Counted from the first letter of the stretch, positions 8,819-18,772 are shown. The stretch is DNA of 64,000 nucleotides from Leptonemataceae bacterium (GCA_965227295.1 OZ245742.1:5152001-5216000), one strand, 5' to 3'. Translations and numbers: made by a program. Notes: generated from the sequence alone by a model not told the origin.

Positions 8819-10432
8819 ATGTTAGACAATGCCATCAAGAAACAACTCACCGAGTACTTTCAAAAACTCGAGGTCCCGGTCGTGCTGCGCACGTTTGCGG
8901 GAGAGCACGAGAAAAGATCCGAACTGCTCTCCATGCTGAACGGCATGGCCGAGCTGAGCGACAAACTCTCCGTCACCGAGGTGCCGGATGACGATGCCTC
9001 GCCGATTTCTTTCGATGTCCTGCGTGACGGCGACGCCACCGGTATCCGCTTCAGCGGCATCCCGGGCGGCCATGAGTTTTCCTCGCTCATCCTCGCCATT
9101 CTCCAGGCCGGCGGCTCGCCGCTGAAGCTGGACGCCGGCGTGCAATCCTTCGCGCGCAAGATCGGCGAACCGCTACGATTTCAAACCGTCGTCTCGCTGT
9201 CCTGCCACAACTGCCCGGACGTCGTCCAGGCACTCAACGGCCTGTCGCTGTTGAACGACGGCATCTCCCACGAGATGATCGACGGCGCCCTCTTTCCACA
9301 GTTCGTGGAAGAACATAACGTGCAGGGTGTGCCCGCGGTCTTTCTGAACGGCAAACCCTTCGCGAACGGCAAGATCGACGCCGGCCAGATCATTCAAAAG
9401 CTCATCGATCTCGCTCCGCAACAGAAGGATACTGCCGATGACGGCGTCGGTGGCGAACCGGAACTCTACGATGTTGCGGTGGTCGGCGGCGGGCCGGGCG
9501 GCGTCGCCTCGGCGGTCTACAGCGCCCGCAAGGGTCTGCGCGTTGCGGTGATCGCGGATCGCCTGGGCGGCCAGGTCAAAGATACGATGGATATCGAAAA
9601 TCTCATCGCCCTGCCGAAGACCACCGGCCCGCAGCTCAGCGGCACTCTGTCCGAACTGCTGCAAAGTTACAGCGTGGAGGTCAAAGAACACCTGCGCGTA
9701 TCGCGGATCGAAAACGGGAAGAGCGAAGTTTCTCCTAAAGTAATCACACTGAATACTAACGAGAAGCTGCTCGCAAAGACCGTGATCCTGGCCACCGGCG
9801 CGAAGTGGCGTGAACTGAACGTGCCCGGCGAAAAAGAGTATCTGGGCAACGGCGTGGCCTACTGTCCGCACTGCGACGGCCCGTTCTTTAAGGGCAAAGA
9901 CGTGGCGGTCATCGGCGGCGGTAACTCCGGCGTCGAAGCGGCCCTGGACCTCGCCGGCATCGTAAAATCGGTGAAGGTGCTCGAGTTCGGTTCGCAAATG
10001 AACGCCGACCAGATCTTACTGGATCGTCTGGGGCGCACCGCGAACATCGAATCGTTCGTAAACGCACAGACCACCGAGGTCCTGGCCGACGGCAAAAAGG
10101 TGACGGGCCTGAAGTACACCGACCGCGAGTCCGGTGAAGAACGTGAAGTGGTCCTCGACGGCGTTTTTGTGCAGATCGGCCTGTTGCCGAACACGGCGTT
10201 CGTGAAGGACCTGGTGGAAACGAATCGTTTCGGTGAGATCATTGTGGATGATCGCTGCCGCACGAATGTGCCGGGCATTTTCGCCTGCGGTGATGCTACG
10301 ACGGTTCCGTACAAACAAATCGTCATCGCCATGGGCGAAGGCGCGAAGGCCTCACTAAGTGCGTTTGAGTATCTGCTGAAGCTGCCGGCGGAGACGCGGG
10401 AAGCCGAAGCGAAAGAGGCGGTGGTGGCTTAA
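8819..10432 (+). CDS. ahpF: Alkyl hydroperoxide reductase F
   Basis: GHEFSSLILAILQ, SCHNCPDVVQA, GGGPGG, YCPHCDGP and GGGNSGVEAA motifs. Confidence 0.97.
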   Translation: MLDNAIKKQLTEYFQKLEVPVVLRTFAGEHEKRSELLSMLNGMAELSDKLSVTEVPDDDASPISFDVLRDGDATGIRFSGIPGGHEFSSLILAILQAGGSPLKLDAGVQSFARKIGEPLRFQTVVSLSCHNCPDVVQALNGLSLLNDGISHEMIDGALFPQFVEEHNVQGVPAVFLNGKPFANGKIDAGQIIQKLIDLAPQQKDTADDGVGGEPELYDVAVVGGGPGGVASAVYSARKGLRVAVIADRLGGQVKDTMDIENLIALPKTTGPQLSGTLSELLQSYSVEVKEHLRVSRIENGKSEVSPKVITLNTNEKLLAKTVILATGAKWRELNVPGEKEYLGNGVAYCPHCDGPFFKGKDVAVIGGGNSGVEAALDLAGIVKSVKVLEFGSQMNADQILLDRLGRTANIESFVNAQTTEVLADGKKVTGLKYTDRESGEEREVVLDGVFVQIGLLPNTAFVKDLVETNRFGEIIVDDRCRTNVPGIFACGDATTVPYKQIVIAMGEGAKASLSAFEYLLKLPAETREAEAKEAVVA

Positions 10433-10531
10433 TCTCATCGCAACAATCATTACCGGCGGCGGCGCCGTGGAGCGCTGCCGCCGGTCAGTTTTCTTGCTGA
10501 CAGATCCGGCCCCCTGTGCTCCAAAGCGCCT

Positions 10532-11611
10532 ATGATGTGCCGCCTCTTCATTTTTTTCATCTTCCACTCCCTTATCGTTGCAAGCCTGCAGGCGGATGTC
10601 CTGTTCCGGATTCGCCTGAACATCGTCGCAGGGGCAACGGTGGAGCGGCCCACACGAACGAACGCGGAGGCCTATCTTGCAAAGAGCTGCGGCATAAACT
10701 TCAATCAATGGAAAAAAACCGCCCGTTATCCGGAGAGAATCACCGCAAAATTGGACATGCGCCCGGAAAAAGCGGACATAATGTTTATGTACCTTTGCAT
10801 ACGGTTCATGCGGGCCAGTCAGTGGTGGACGAAGAATCTCGCCGAAAACGAATCGAAGACGGCTCGCCACGTAAACTGGTGCTTTCGTCGCGGCACGATA
10901 TTGCCTTCCGCAGGCACCTTCAACGATGCGTACAAAGACAAGAGCCATCATTATCGCAACAAGGTACTCGCCGAACCGGTCCTGATGGGAGAAGGTTCCG
11001 TTTCGTTTGGAGAGGAGCGCGACGTAAACGACTGGAGCATTACAGTGTTTCAAGCGAGCGACCTCGGCCGGGCCCGCGTCGGGAGAAAGTTTCGCGATAT
11101 AGGTGCGATTCTTTCGCAGGATTTGTATGCGGGGCTGGTGAAAGACACGTTCGTGAACTCCAGCCAGAAGTATTTGAAGCTCGAGCACGAACTCGGCCAC
11201 GTCCTTCAACTGGCAGACGGAGACGGCGGAATCATGAATGAAAAAGGACAGGTTCGGACGAAGTTCCCGGACAGCTTTCCACGCATCCTGGTCGACAAGC
11301 TCGACGCTTACTGGGGCAAGAACGTACTGTTCACCGAGGGCGTTGCGCCGGGCTGCGCCTGCTGCCGCGATCCGAGGAGCGAGGAACCGCCGTTCGTTCC
11401 CTACGAGGAACTATTGGAAGAACTCCGCATGCAACGACTGGAATCTTTGCCGGAAAGGATTCGCGTCATCAAAGAACAGCTTGAAAAAGAGGAACAAAAG
11501 ACCCGACGTGAGGCCCTGGAAAAAGAAAAAAACGCCGCCGAAGAACAACTCAAGCGACTCGAAGCACAACAAGAGGAGCAACGCGAGAAAGACTCACGCA
11601 CCGGAAAGTAA
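10532..11611 (+). CDS. Secreted hypothetical protein with HEXXH zinc-peptidase-like motif and C-terminal coiled coil
   Basis: Signal-like N-terminus, EHELGHVLQL...GIMN, CACC, and an E/K/Q-rich tail. Confidence 0.6.
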   Translation: MMCRLFIFFIFHSLIVASLQADVLFRIRLNIVAGATVERPTRTNAEAYLAKSCGINFNQWKKTARYPERITAKLDMRPEKADIMFMYLCIRFMRASQWWTKNLAENESKTARHVNWCFRRGTILPSAGTFNDAYKDKSHHYRNKVLAEPVLMGEGSVSFGEERDVNDWSITVFQASDLGRARVGRKFRDIGAILSQDLYAGLVKDTFVNSSQKYLKLEHELGHVLQLADGDGGIMNEKGQVRTKFPDSFPRILVDKLDAYWGKNVLFTEGVAPGCACCRDPRSEEPPFVPYEELLEELRMQRLESLPERIRVIKEQLEKEEQKTRREALEKEKNAAEEQLKRLEAQQEEQREKDSRTGK

Positions 11612-11613
11612 CC

Positions 11614-12603
11614 TCAAAACAAATACACCACCGCAATCGAGTACGCCTCATCGAACAGCCGGTACTCCCGCGGCTCCGGCGGCCGGCGGCCCTGTAAGAA
11701 GTACCACAGTTCCTCCACTTCCGTGTTCGGCCGGCGCCGAAACAGCGGATACCGGTAACCTGCGCTCACTAACATGTTGTCCGTGATACCGAACGAAACG
11801 CCCGCCTCCAGTTCCCGGTAAATCCGCGGCTCCTCCCCGGCGTTCGCGCGCTCCTGAATGACTCCGGCATAGGGCACACGATACGCGAAACCGCCGAAGA
11901 CAGTGAACGTTTCCGCAAAAGACGGCAGCGGTCGAAAGCCCAGGCGCGCCCGCCATTCGGTGACCTTCTCCAGTTCATGCGTCTCCCGCGTGACCGTGAG
12001 CGGCTCCGGCTCCCAGGGCAACGTCTCGATCTCCTGCAACTCCGTTGTGACTTCGGTTGATTCCTCCCGGGGCAGTTGCGAAAGCGGCCAGGTCCCGCCG
12101 GCACGCAGGGTGAACAGCCAGCGATCGCTCGCGAGGCCGAGCGTAAGTCCGGCGCCGCCGTCATAAAAGTTCTCGTCGACGAAAACGTCCCGATCCGAAC
12201 CCGCGGCGAAACCGAGGTCCGCGTCGGCCACCAGAAAGAACGTTTCCTGTTCGCCGAGTTTCGGCTGGGCGCGCAGGCCCAGGCGCGGCCGGCCGTAGCG
12301 TCCGGCATCCTCGCGATCCTTTTGCGCATAATAAACATACGGCACCTGAAAGTTAAGGCCGAGTGCGCCGTAGTCCTCGTCGTCGAGGACGTTCAGTTCA
12401 CCGGCCGCACTCACGGTCCAGATGTTCCGATTGTCCGGCTCGCCCTTGACGTAGTCCACGGAGAACAGGACCTGGGAGCGCGGACCGGGTGTGGTGTTCC
12501 CGAGCACCCGCGCCCGGGAGGCGTGCCCCGGATGGTGGGCATACAACGGCATCACCGCTAATGCAACAACAGCGAAGATTAGCCAGAGAATCGGTCGGCG
12601 CAT
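11614..12603 (-). CDS. Putative outer-membrane beta-barrel protein with N-terminal His motif
   Basis: Signal peptide followed by HHPGH, amphipathic strands and a terminal VVYLF. The start overlaps the upstream stop (TAATG). Confidence 0.6.
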   Translation of the reverse strand: MRRPILWLIFAVVALAVMPLYAHHPGHASRARVLGNTTPGPRSQVLFSVDYVKGEPDNRNIWTVSAAGELNVLDDEDYGALGLNFQVPYVYYAQKDREDAGRYGRPRLGLRAQPKLGEQETFFLVADADLGFAAGSDRDVFVDENFYDGGAGLTLGLASDRWLFTLRAGGTWPLSQLPREESTEVTTELQEIETLPWEPEPLTVTRETHELEKVTEWRARLGFRPLPSFAETFTVFGGFAYRVPYAGVIQERANAGEEPRIYRELEAGVSFGITDNMLVSAGYRYPLFRRRPNTEVEELWYFLQGRRPPEPREYRLFDEAYSIAVVYLF

Positions 12604-13436
12604 TAAAAAGAAAAACATTCGTGTTCCCTCATGATCGTGCCGCCGGGGATGTTCGCGGCGAAGGCGGCGCTGACGTCCGACTCCGCGGTGCCGCCGAGAT
12701 TCGCGAACAGCCGGGCGTAGTCGAAGTACAGGAGCATGGCCGTGCTGCTCACCGGCGAAACAGTCGCAGCGCAGCGCGGGGTGACTGCGAAGTCCGAGGC
12801 CACCGAATACAACGCCGTGAAACTCGCACCGCCGATCGTTCCGACAAACTGCATGCGGCGCACGTGCAGGACTACGCTCTGGACGCCGCCGGGCGGCAGG
12901 GCCAGAGTACCGCCGTCCGTACCGAAGTAGTACAGTTCCAGGGAATCCCGCCCGTTGCCGAAACTGCCCGCGGACAACGGCTGCACGAACCGGTCCCGGC
13001 CGGTCACGAAGATACTGACCCCCGCCGCCGGAGCGATGTCCTCCTCGTGACGCGAAACGGGCGCCATAAACTCACGCCCATCGAATGTTAACGCATCCGC
13101 CGCCGGCAGAATCGGCGCGGGGATGCCGGACGCTCCGGCGTAGACGTCGATCTTTTCCACATCCAACCAGGCACTGCTGAGTTGCACGGTGCCTTGATTC
13201 GAAGAGAAACTATCGATGGCATCCAGGCCGCCGTCACCGAAACGAAGCTGTACGTTCATGGCCCCGGTGCCGGCAACGCCCAGGACGTAGCTTAAAAGCG
13301 CTTCCTCATCACTTAAGGCGTCGCCCTGCGTGCCAAACGAACAAGCCCCGCACAGCAGAAGCACAAACAAAAGTCCGCAGCCCGTCCCAAAAACCCTCGA
13401 AACCCCGGCGCCGCGGAGTAAAAAATTCTTCTCCAT
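12603..13436 (-). CDS. Putative lipoprotein in the MbnP/MbnH operon
   Basis: Hydrophobic stretch ending in LCGAC; co-oriented and closely spaced within the operon. Confidence 0.65.
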   Translation of the reverse strand: MEKNFLLRGAGVSRVFGTGCGLLFVLLLCGACSFGTQGDALSDEEALLSYVLGVAGTGAMNVQLRFGDGGLDAIDSFSSNQGTVQLSSAWLDVEKIDVYAGASGIPAPILPAADALTFDGREFMAPVSRHEEDIAPAAGVSIFVTGRDRFVQPLSAGSFGNGRDSLELYYFGTDGGTLALPPGGVQSVVLHVRRMQFVGTIGGASFTALYSVASDFAVTPRCAATVSPVSSTAMLLYFDYARLFANLGGTAESDVSAAFAANIPGGTIMREHECFSF

Positions 13437-13440
13437 AATC

Positions 13441-14739
13441 TCACCGCCCGAAGTTCGCATCGCCTTCCCTCGGATTGCTGAACGCGGAGTTGTTCAGAAA
13501 ATCGTAGTCCGTCAACGAACGCAGGAACGCGATGAGATCCGCCTTTTCCTGGCTCGTGATCGAAAACTCACGAATGAGCGACGTATCCACCTGCGGATGG
13601 ACCGCGCGGGTGCTGCCGTCGGCGTACTTCGTGGCGCCGTTCGTGTAATGATCGATGATGTGGCCGAGCATGTCGTCCACCGGATCGCTGCCGCAATCGC
13701 CGCCGGAATCGATCTTAAAGACGCCGTCCTGAGGATTGCAATCGAAGCTGCCGTCGTGCATGTACGGGAAGGTCACCTCGATGTTTCGCAGCGACGGCGC
13801 GCGGTGGCGACCCTCATCGCTTACATCCCCCGTCAGATCGTACAAACCACGCTCGCGTGAAAGTTTAGCGGCGTAGTCCGATTCGGAATAGATGCCGTTG
13901 TTGTGAAACGAAAATTCGGTGAATACGGTACCGCTGTGCGTGGTGGTATCCGTGAAGTTGAATCCGCCGTGGCAATGAAAACATTCGGCGACCTCACTGT
14001 TAAAGAACACGGCGCCGCGGCGGGCCGAAGCGGAAAGCGTCGCCGTTCCGTTCTGGTACTGATCGTAAGAACTGTTGCCCGAGATCATCGTACGAATGAA
14101 CGCGGCCAGGGCCTTGCGAATGTTGCCGTCATCGAAGGTATCGCCGGCGCCGAAAGCCGCCGCGAATTTTCCCTGGTAGAGTGAATCGTTTCGCAGTTTG
14201 TCCAGGTAAGCGTCGCCGGACAGACCGAGCTCCACAATGGTACTGTCCGTGGACTCGGCGAAGAGCGGCGTCAGCGCCTGACGTTCGAGGGTATCCGTAA
14301 CACTGTTCGCCCAGTTGAGACGTGAATGATAGCCGGCGTTGGAAAGATGCTGCGAATTTCGCGGATGGGTTTCGCCGGTGATGCCCGACGGACGCTCACG
14401 CTGATCCGTAAAGGCGAACTCCTGAAAATGACAACTCGCACACGACGCGCTTTCATCTTGCGAAAGCCGTTTGTCGTAGAAGAGATGGCGGCCGAGGTCG
14501 ACCTTCGCGTCGGTCATGCAGTTATCCGCGGGCACGGCGGGGACCGGGAAATCCGCGGGCAAGTTCCAGGCATACGGAGGGCAGCCGGTATTGAATGTCA
14601 GCGCGAAGACTGAGAGCAACAGGGCGGCGCCGGTAGCGTCGCTGTCGTCGTTGCCGTTTAGAATACTGCAACCCGACATGGCGGTCAACACGGCGACCAG
14701 AACCAGGCCCCGTAGGCCCGGATGGTGGAATCGTTTCAT
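13441..14739 (-). CDS. mbnH: MbnH-family di-heme cytochrome c peroxidase (lipoprotein)
   Basis: Two CxxCH motifs (CASCH, CFHCH), LGRHLFYDKRLS, PSLRNIEVTFPYMHDGS and a lipobox MSGC. Adjacent to an MbnP-like gene. Confidence 0.85.
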   Translation of the reverse strand: MKRFHHPGLRGLVLVAVLTAMSGCSILNGNDDSDATGAALLLSVFALTFNTGCPPYAWNLPADFPVPAVPADNCMTDAKVDLGRHLFYDKRLSQDESASCASCHFQEFAFTDQRERPSGITGETHPRNSQHLSNAGYHSRLNWANSVTDTLERQALTPLFAESTDSTIVELGLSGDAYLDKLRNDSLYQGKFAAAFGAGDTFDDGNIRKALAAFIRTMISGNSSYDQYQNGTATLSASARRGAVFFNSEVAECFHCHGGFNFTDTTTHSGTVFTEFSFHNNGIYSESDYAAKLSRERGLYDLTGDVSDEGRHRAPSLRNIEVTFPYMHDGSFDCNPQDGVFKIDSGGDCGSDPVDDMLGHIIDHYTNGATKYADGSTRAVHPQVDTSLIREFSITSQEKADLIAFLRSLTDYDFLNNSAFSNPREGDANFGR

Positions 14740-14795
14740 AATATTATACCATATGATGTTAGCGGCGCCGCCGGATCCCGACGGCGCCGCCCATC

Positions 14796-15731
14796 CTACT
14801 GAATCACAAAGGCCGACTGGAGCGAGGCGGCCTGGCCGGTTGTGGAGTCGATCCCGAAGTTCGAAAGCAGCTTCGGACACTCCACGGACTCCTCGGTAGT
14901 GGACCCGGACGCAGCCGGCGGTTTCAACGGCATGCAGCCGCGTCGGCTTCCCGTGGACGGATCGAAGCCGCTCAACGCCCGATTCATGTCCAGCGTAACT
15001 TTCTGCGAGTCGGTGTTAAACGACGTCGTCGAAGCCAGGATGTTCGCCCGGAACGGCTGCGAACACGTATTGCTGCTTACGTCCCCGCCGCAATCCAGGC
15101 TGCCCAGGTGCAATAACGTCGTAAACGTTGCGTCCGTGGCCTGGAACTCCAGGCGCGTGAACTTGTAACCAAGGGACCAGCTCCAGTACATCTGGTTGAT
15201 GTTCAGCGGCGACGGCGTGGTGCTGTTGCTCAGAGAATTGAGGCTGTCCGGCAGGCCCAGATCAAAGACGATGCCGGTATAATTCGCAACCGGCGCGTAG
15301 CCGCGAATGCTCGTGTTCGTATCGCTCGAACCGGAGCAGTTACCCGTGGCATTCTCGAAGTCCAGCAGCGCGGCGCCGCCGTACTGCCAGACGCCGTCGT
15401 CCGGGAGCGTGACCGGTAACAGCGTACCACCGGAAATTAAGCGCACGTTGGAAACGTAGAAGCGCGCGTCGGTGAGGTTCAGCGTCTTCGTGGTGGAACC
15501 GTCCACCGCCGCGGAGACGGTAAACGTCTGATTGCAGCGTACCGAGGTGCTTCCGCTGCTGAGATCGAACTCGATGGCGATGGGCGAGGCCACGAAAGCC
15601 AGTGCGGTCAGCAGAGTATGGTTCGGCGCGGCTTCAGTGTCCTGATCCAGGCCGAGGGCGTTGCATTGCAACGTAGCGCCGGCAAACAGTACGGCCGCCG
15701 CAGATGCGGCGAATCTTGATAGAATGTGCAT
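14796..15731 (-). CDS. mbnP: MbnP-family copper-binding protein
   Basis: DARFYVSNVRL, LLDFENATGNC, the WxW motif MYWSWSLGYKF and HLGSLDC; AGGAGA RBS. Confidence 0.85.
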   Translation of the reverse strand: MHILSRFAASAAAVLFAGATLQCNALGLDQDTEAAPNHTLLTALAFVASPIAIEFDLSSGSTSVRCNQTFTVSAAVDGSTTKTLNLTDARFYVSNVRLISGGTLLPVTLPDDGVWQYGGAALLDFENATGNCSGSSDTNTSIRGYAPVANYTGIVFDLGLPDSLNSLSNSTTPSPLNINQMYWSWSLGYKFTRLEFQATDATFTTLLHLGSLDCGGDVSSNTCSQPFRANILASTTSFNTDSQKVTLDMNRALSGFDPSTGSRRGCMPLKPPAASGSTTEESVECPKLLSNFGIDSTTGQAASLQSAFVIQ

Positions 15732-15829
15732 GGTTTCTCCTGAATATAAAGCCCCGTCGTCGGCGTATGCGTGCACGACCCGACGGGCGTCGCTAAGTAG
15801 CGACGATCATAAGTTAAACGAACCGGGAT

Positions 15830-16300
15830 TCAGGAGAATGCGGGCGGGCCGCGAGAACCGGGCAGCCGGAGATCAGCGACACGGACACGCACACCTTCCA
15901 GAACGGTCGGCGTGAGGATCGGCTGCAACGCTACGACAAGCAGCGGCGCCGGAGCGGCCTGGGCCAGGGTGAGCAGTTGCAGATAGCCCTGGCACACCGG
16001 ACACGAGGAGTGCTGGTGATGGCCGTCGCGATTCGACTCGGTTTCCGCATGCTGCTCATGTCCCGACGTTTCCGCGGTAGCGGCAAGGCGTCGGTGACAC
16101 GGCGGAACCACGGAGGCCCGTTGCACGTGGGCATGGTGCCCGTCCCCGTGATCGCCGTGTTCGTCGGCGTAAGCCGCCGGGTTCATGACCGGACAGCGGT
16201 GCAACGCCGGGATCGGATACTGGGACAGGAATCCCAATAGCGCGATCAGGGCACCGGCGAAGCGCAGACGCGCGAACGATGTCGAGCGGTGAGAGTTCAT
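15830..16300 (-). CDS. DUF2946-like His-rich leader protein with CxxC and C-terminal RGPP
   Basis: Signal/TM segment, His clusters, HQHSSCPVC, Pro-rich linker and terminal SRGPPAFS. Confidence 0.75.
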   Translation of the reverse strand: MNSHRSTSFARLRFAGALIALLGFLSQYPIPALHRCPVMNPAAYADEHGDHGDGHHAHVQRASVVPPCHRRLAATAETSGHEQHAETESNRDGHHQHSSCPVCQGYLQLLTLAQAAPAPLLVVALQPILTPTVLEGVRVRVADLRLPGSRGPPAFS

Positions 16301-16404
16301 CGACCGTGCCAGAATGATGCAGGTCGAATCGCTGACAAGGCGATTTTTCGCACCCGTGGCGACAAAACGCTTGTGCCCGTTCCGCCCTCGTGCATACCTG
16401 CACG

Positions 16405-17751
16405 ATGCTCCGTCCGCTAACTCATTCTGCGCATACATTAGCATTTACCGTGCTCTGTCTGGGCATCGGCTGCGCCCACGCCCCGGCCAACACGCCGCTG
16501 CCCGGCGGCACCGTGGACCCGAACACGGGCTATCGCTTCGACGAAATTCCGGCGACAAACTCGGACGACGAGCTGTTCATCTGCCTGGCATTCTCCGGCG
16601 GCGGCAGCCGGGCCGCGGCGTTTGCGTACGGCGTGCTGGAAAAGCTGCATCATATGAAGCTGAACTTCGGCGGCCGCGAGACGACGTTGTTGAAGGAAGT
16701 CGATTGCATATCTTCGATCAGCGGCGGTTCGTTTCCGGCGGCCTACTACGGCCTGCGCCGGAATGCCGTGTTCGAAGAGTTCCGTCCGAAGTTCATCGAC
16801 CGCGACATCGAAGGCGACCTGGCCCTGCGCGCACTGAACCCGGTGAACACCGTGCGGATGCTTTCGCCGTACTTCGATCGCATCGACGTCGCCGCGGAGC
16901 TGTACAACGACACGGTCTTCGACGGCGCCACGTATGCAAAGATCATGGAACGGGGCGAGCGCCCGTTTATCATCGTCAACGCCACGGACCTGGCCATCGG
17001 CAAACGCTTCGAGTTTACGCAAGATCAGTTCGACGTGATCGGCTCGGACCTGGCCGCCTTTCCCGTGGCCCGGGCGGTGGCCGCGTCGTCGGCCTTTCCG
17101 ATCTTGCTGAGCCCGCTTACGATTCAGAAACATCCCGTGCGTAACGACGAATTGTTGCGTAAGCGTTACTCAACACGGCACGAAAAGTTTTATTCGGATC
17201 GGCGGAACTACGAGTTTGATTGGACCCGGCGGGAGTATCTCCGGGCCGACAAACGCTGGGTGCATCTCATGGACGGCGGCCTGGCCGACAACACGGGACT
17301 GCGACCGATCACTTACGGCATACGCGAGGGTTTCATTCATCGTCGCCTGGAACGCCGGCGCATTCGACGCCTGGTGGTTATTACCGTGAACGCTTATACT
17401 CGCAGCAAGGATGAAGAGAGCGCGAGCGAGAGCGGCCCGGGCACCGGCGCCGTGGACATCAAGACTATGACCACGGCCATGGACGACTTCAGCCTGGATA
17501 CCATCGAAGAAACCGCCGATCTCCTTCAAGACATGCGTGCGAAGTTCGGCGGCGGGCTGCAGGTCTACGCCGTGAACCTGGAATTCGAGGCGCTGCGGGA
17601 CGAGGCCGAGCGCAATTATCTGTGGTCCATCCCGACGAGTTTCTACGTCAACCGCGCCCAGGCGGACCGGCTCATCGGCGTGAGCGAGGTACTCTTTCGC
17701 CGGCATCCGGACTTTCAGCGATTGCAGCGGGACCTTAAGATCCGCTGGTAG
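16405..17751 (+). CDS. Patatin-like phospholipase (lipoprotein)
   Basis: FSGGGSRAA, SSISGGS (nucleophile), ASSAFP and DGGLADN motifs; lipobox LGIGC. Confidence 0.9.
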   Translation: MLRPLTHSAHTLAFTVLCLGIGCAHAPANTPLPGGTVDPNTGYRFDEIPATNSDDELFICLAFSGGGSRAAAFAYGVLEKLHHMKLNFGGRETTLLKEVDCISSISGGSFPAAYYGLRRNAVFEEFRPKFIDRDIEGDLALRALNPVNTVRMLSPYFDRIDVAAELYNDTVFDGATYAKIMERGERPFIIVNATDLAIGKRFEFTQDQFDVIGSDLAAFPVARAVAASSAFPILLSPLTIQKHPVRNDELLRKRYSTRHEKFYSDRRNYEFDWTRREYLRADKRWVHLMDGGLADNTGLRPITYGIREGFIHRRLERRRIRRLVVITVNAYTRSKDEESASESGPGTGAVDIKTMTTAMDDFSLDTIEETADLLQDMRAKFGGGLQVYAVNLEFEALRDEAERNYLWSIPTSFYVNRAQADRLIGVSEVLFRRHPDFQRLQRDLKIRW

Positions 17752-17766
17752 TACATTAACACGCCG

Positions 17767-18693
17767 CTACGCATCGAGCATTTCCAGCACGCGCTGCTCC
17801 ACGTCCCGGTAAACCGCTTCTTCAATGCTCTCCGGCTCGATGCGTTCCGCCGCCCCGAAGATGCGCGCCGCCCGCACGTCCTCGAAACCGTCGATGGCCG
17901 TACGCAACGCCGGCACCGGGGCCATGGCATACAACATGGCGATCACACGATCCGACTCCTTCGAGAGGACCCGCTGGAGTTCTTCCGGCGGATAGTCGAA
18001 CAACGGGCTGTCGTTGGCGCGCAAGAGCGGCCGGGCGGCGAGAAAGTGCTGCGCCTCAAAACGTTGCAACGCCGTGAGCAGTTTCAGATGACGGCTGTCC
18101 TTTTGTACGGCATGGTACCATTGCAAAAGATAGTAGCGTTCCAGAAACGGCAGCTCCAGGAAAATGGCGTAACCGTCGATGTCGTCGTAGCGCGGCAGAG
18201 CTTCCAGGGGATCCGCGCCGTGCAGCTCACGAATTTCAGCCACGAGCTCTTCGACGGACGGTGGATCGATAGTAACTGAAAATTCGCGAATGTTACCGGC
18301 CGGCACAGGTTTGTCCGCCGGAAAGAGGGCCCGGGGCAGTTCCCCCAGTTTCGAAGAGAAGCGTCGTTCGAGGGCGCGCTCGACCTGCGCCTGCTCGCCG
18401 GCATCCAGACTTTCCATGGCCTGCACGTTCCCCGGGCCGTGCGCCTGGTCGCCGTCGCCCGGGTTCGTCGGCGCGGCATCCCGGCTAACTTCTTTTTCTC
18501 GAAACTTAAACAACCCGACGCCGTCTTTATTCAGCCGCACCGTATAGTCGGAACCGTCCGGTTGCAGAAACGTAAAACGCAAGGCGAGGTCCTGGTCGTC
18601 GAGGGCATGGCCCTCGTCCACGGAGCGCAGTACCTGCGCGGCGGTCATGAGTTCGAGCAGGCTATGATCCAGTTCTCCGGCATTTCCAAGCAT
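17767..18693 (-). CDS. Hypothetical protein
   Basis: 308-aa ORF with typical codon usage filling the gap; no confident family. Confidence 0.65.
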   Translation of the reverse strand: MLGNAGELDHSLLELMTAAQVLRSVDEGHALDDQDLALRFTFLQPDGSDYTVRLNKDGVGLFKFREKEVSRDAAPTNPGDGDQAHGPGNVQAMESLDAGEQAQVERALERRFSSKLGELPRALFPADKPVPAGNIREFSVTIDPPSVEELVAEIRELHGADPLEALPRYDDIDGYAIFLELPFLERYYLLQWYHAVQKDSRHLKLLTALQRFEAQHFLAARPLLRANDSPLFDYPPEELQRVLSKESDRVIAMLYAMAPVPALRTAIDGFEDVRAARIFGAAERIEPESIEEAVYRDVEQRVLEMLDA

Positions 18694-18772
18694 GGGGTTT
18701 CCTGCATCGAAGCCCTGGAGCTGTCAAGACATAGGCCGCGGCCCGAACGGCCGAAAATGAAAGTCATACAAC

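Noticed and set aside
11614..16300. Methanobactin biosynthetic cluster
   Set aside because: No mbnA, mbnB or mbnC-like genes were seen; only the MbnP/MbnH pair is present.
17767..18693. FliG C-terminal-like domain call
   Set aside because: Only a vague resemblance (ELQRVL..SDRVIAM); insufficient without a profile search.
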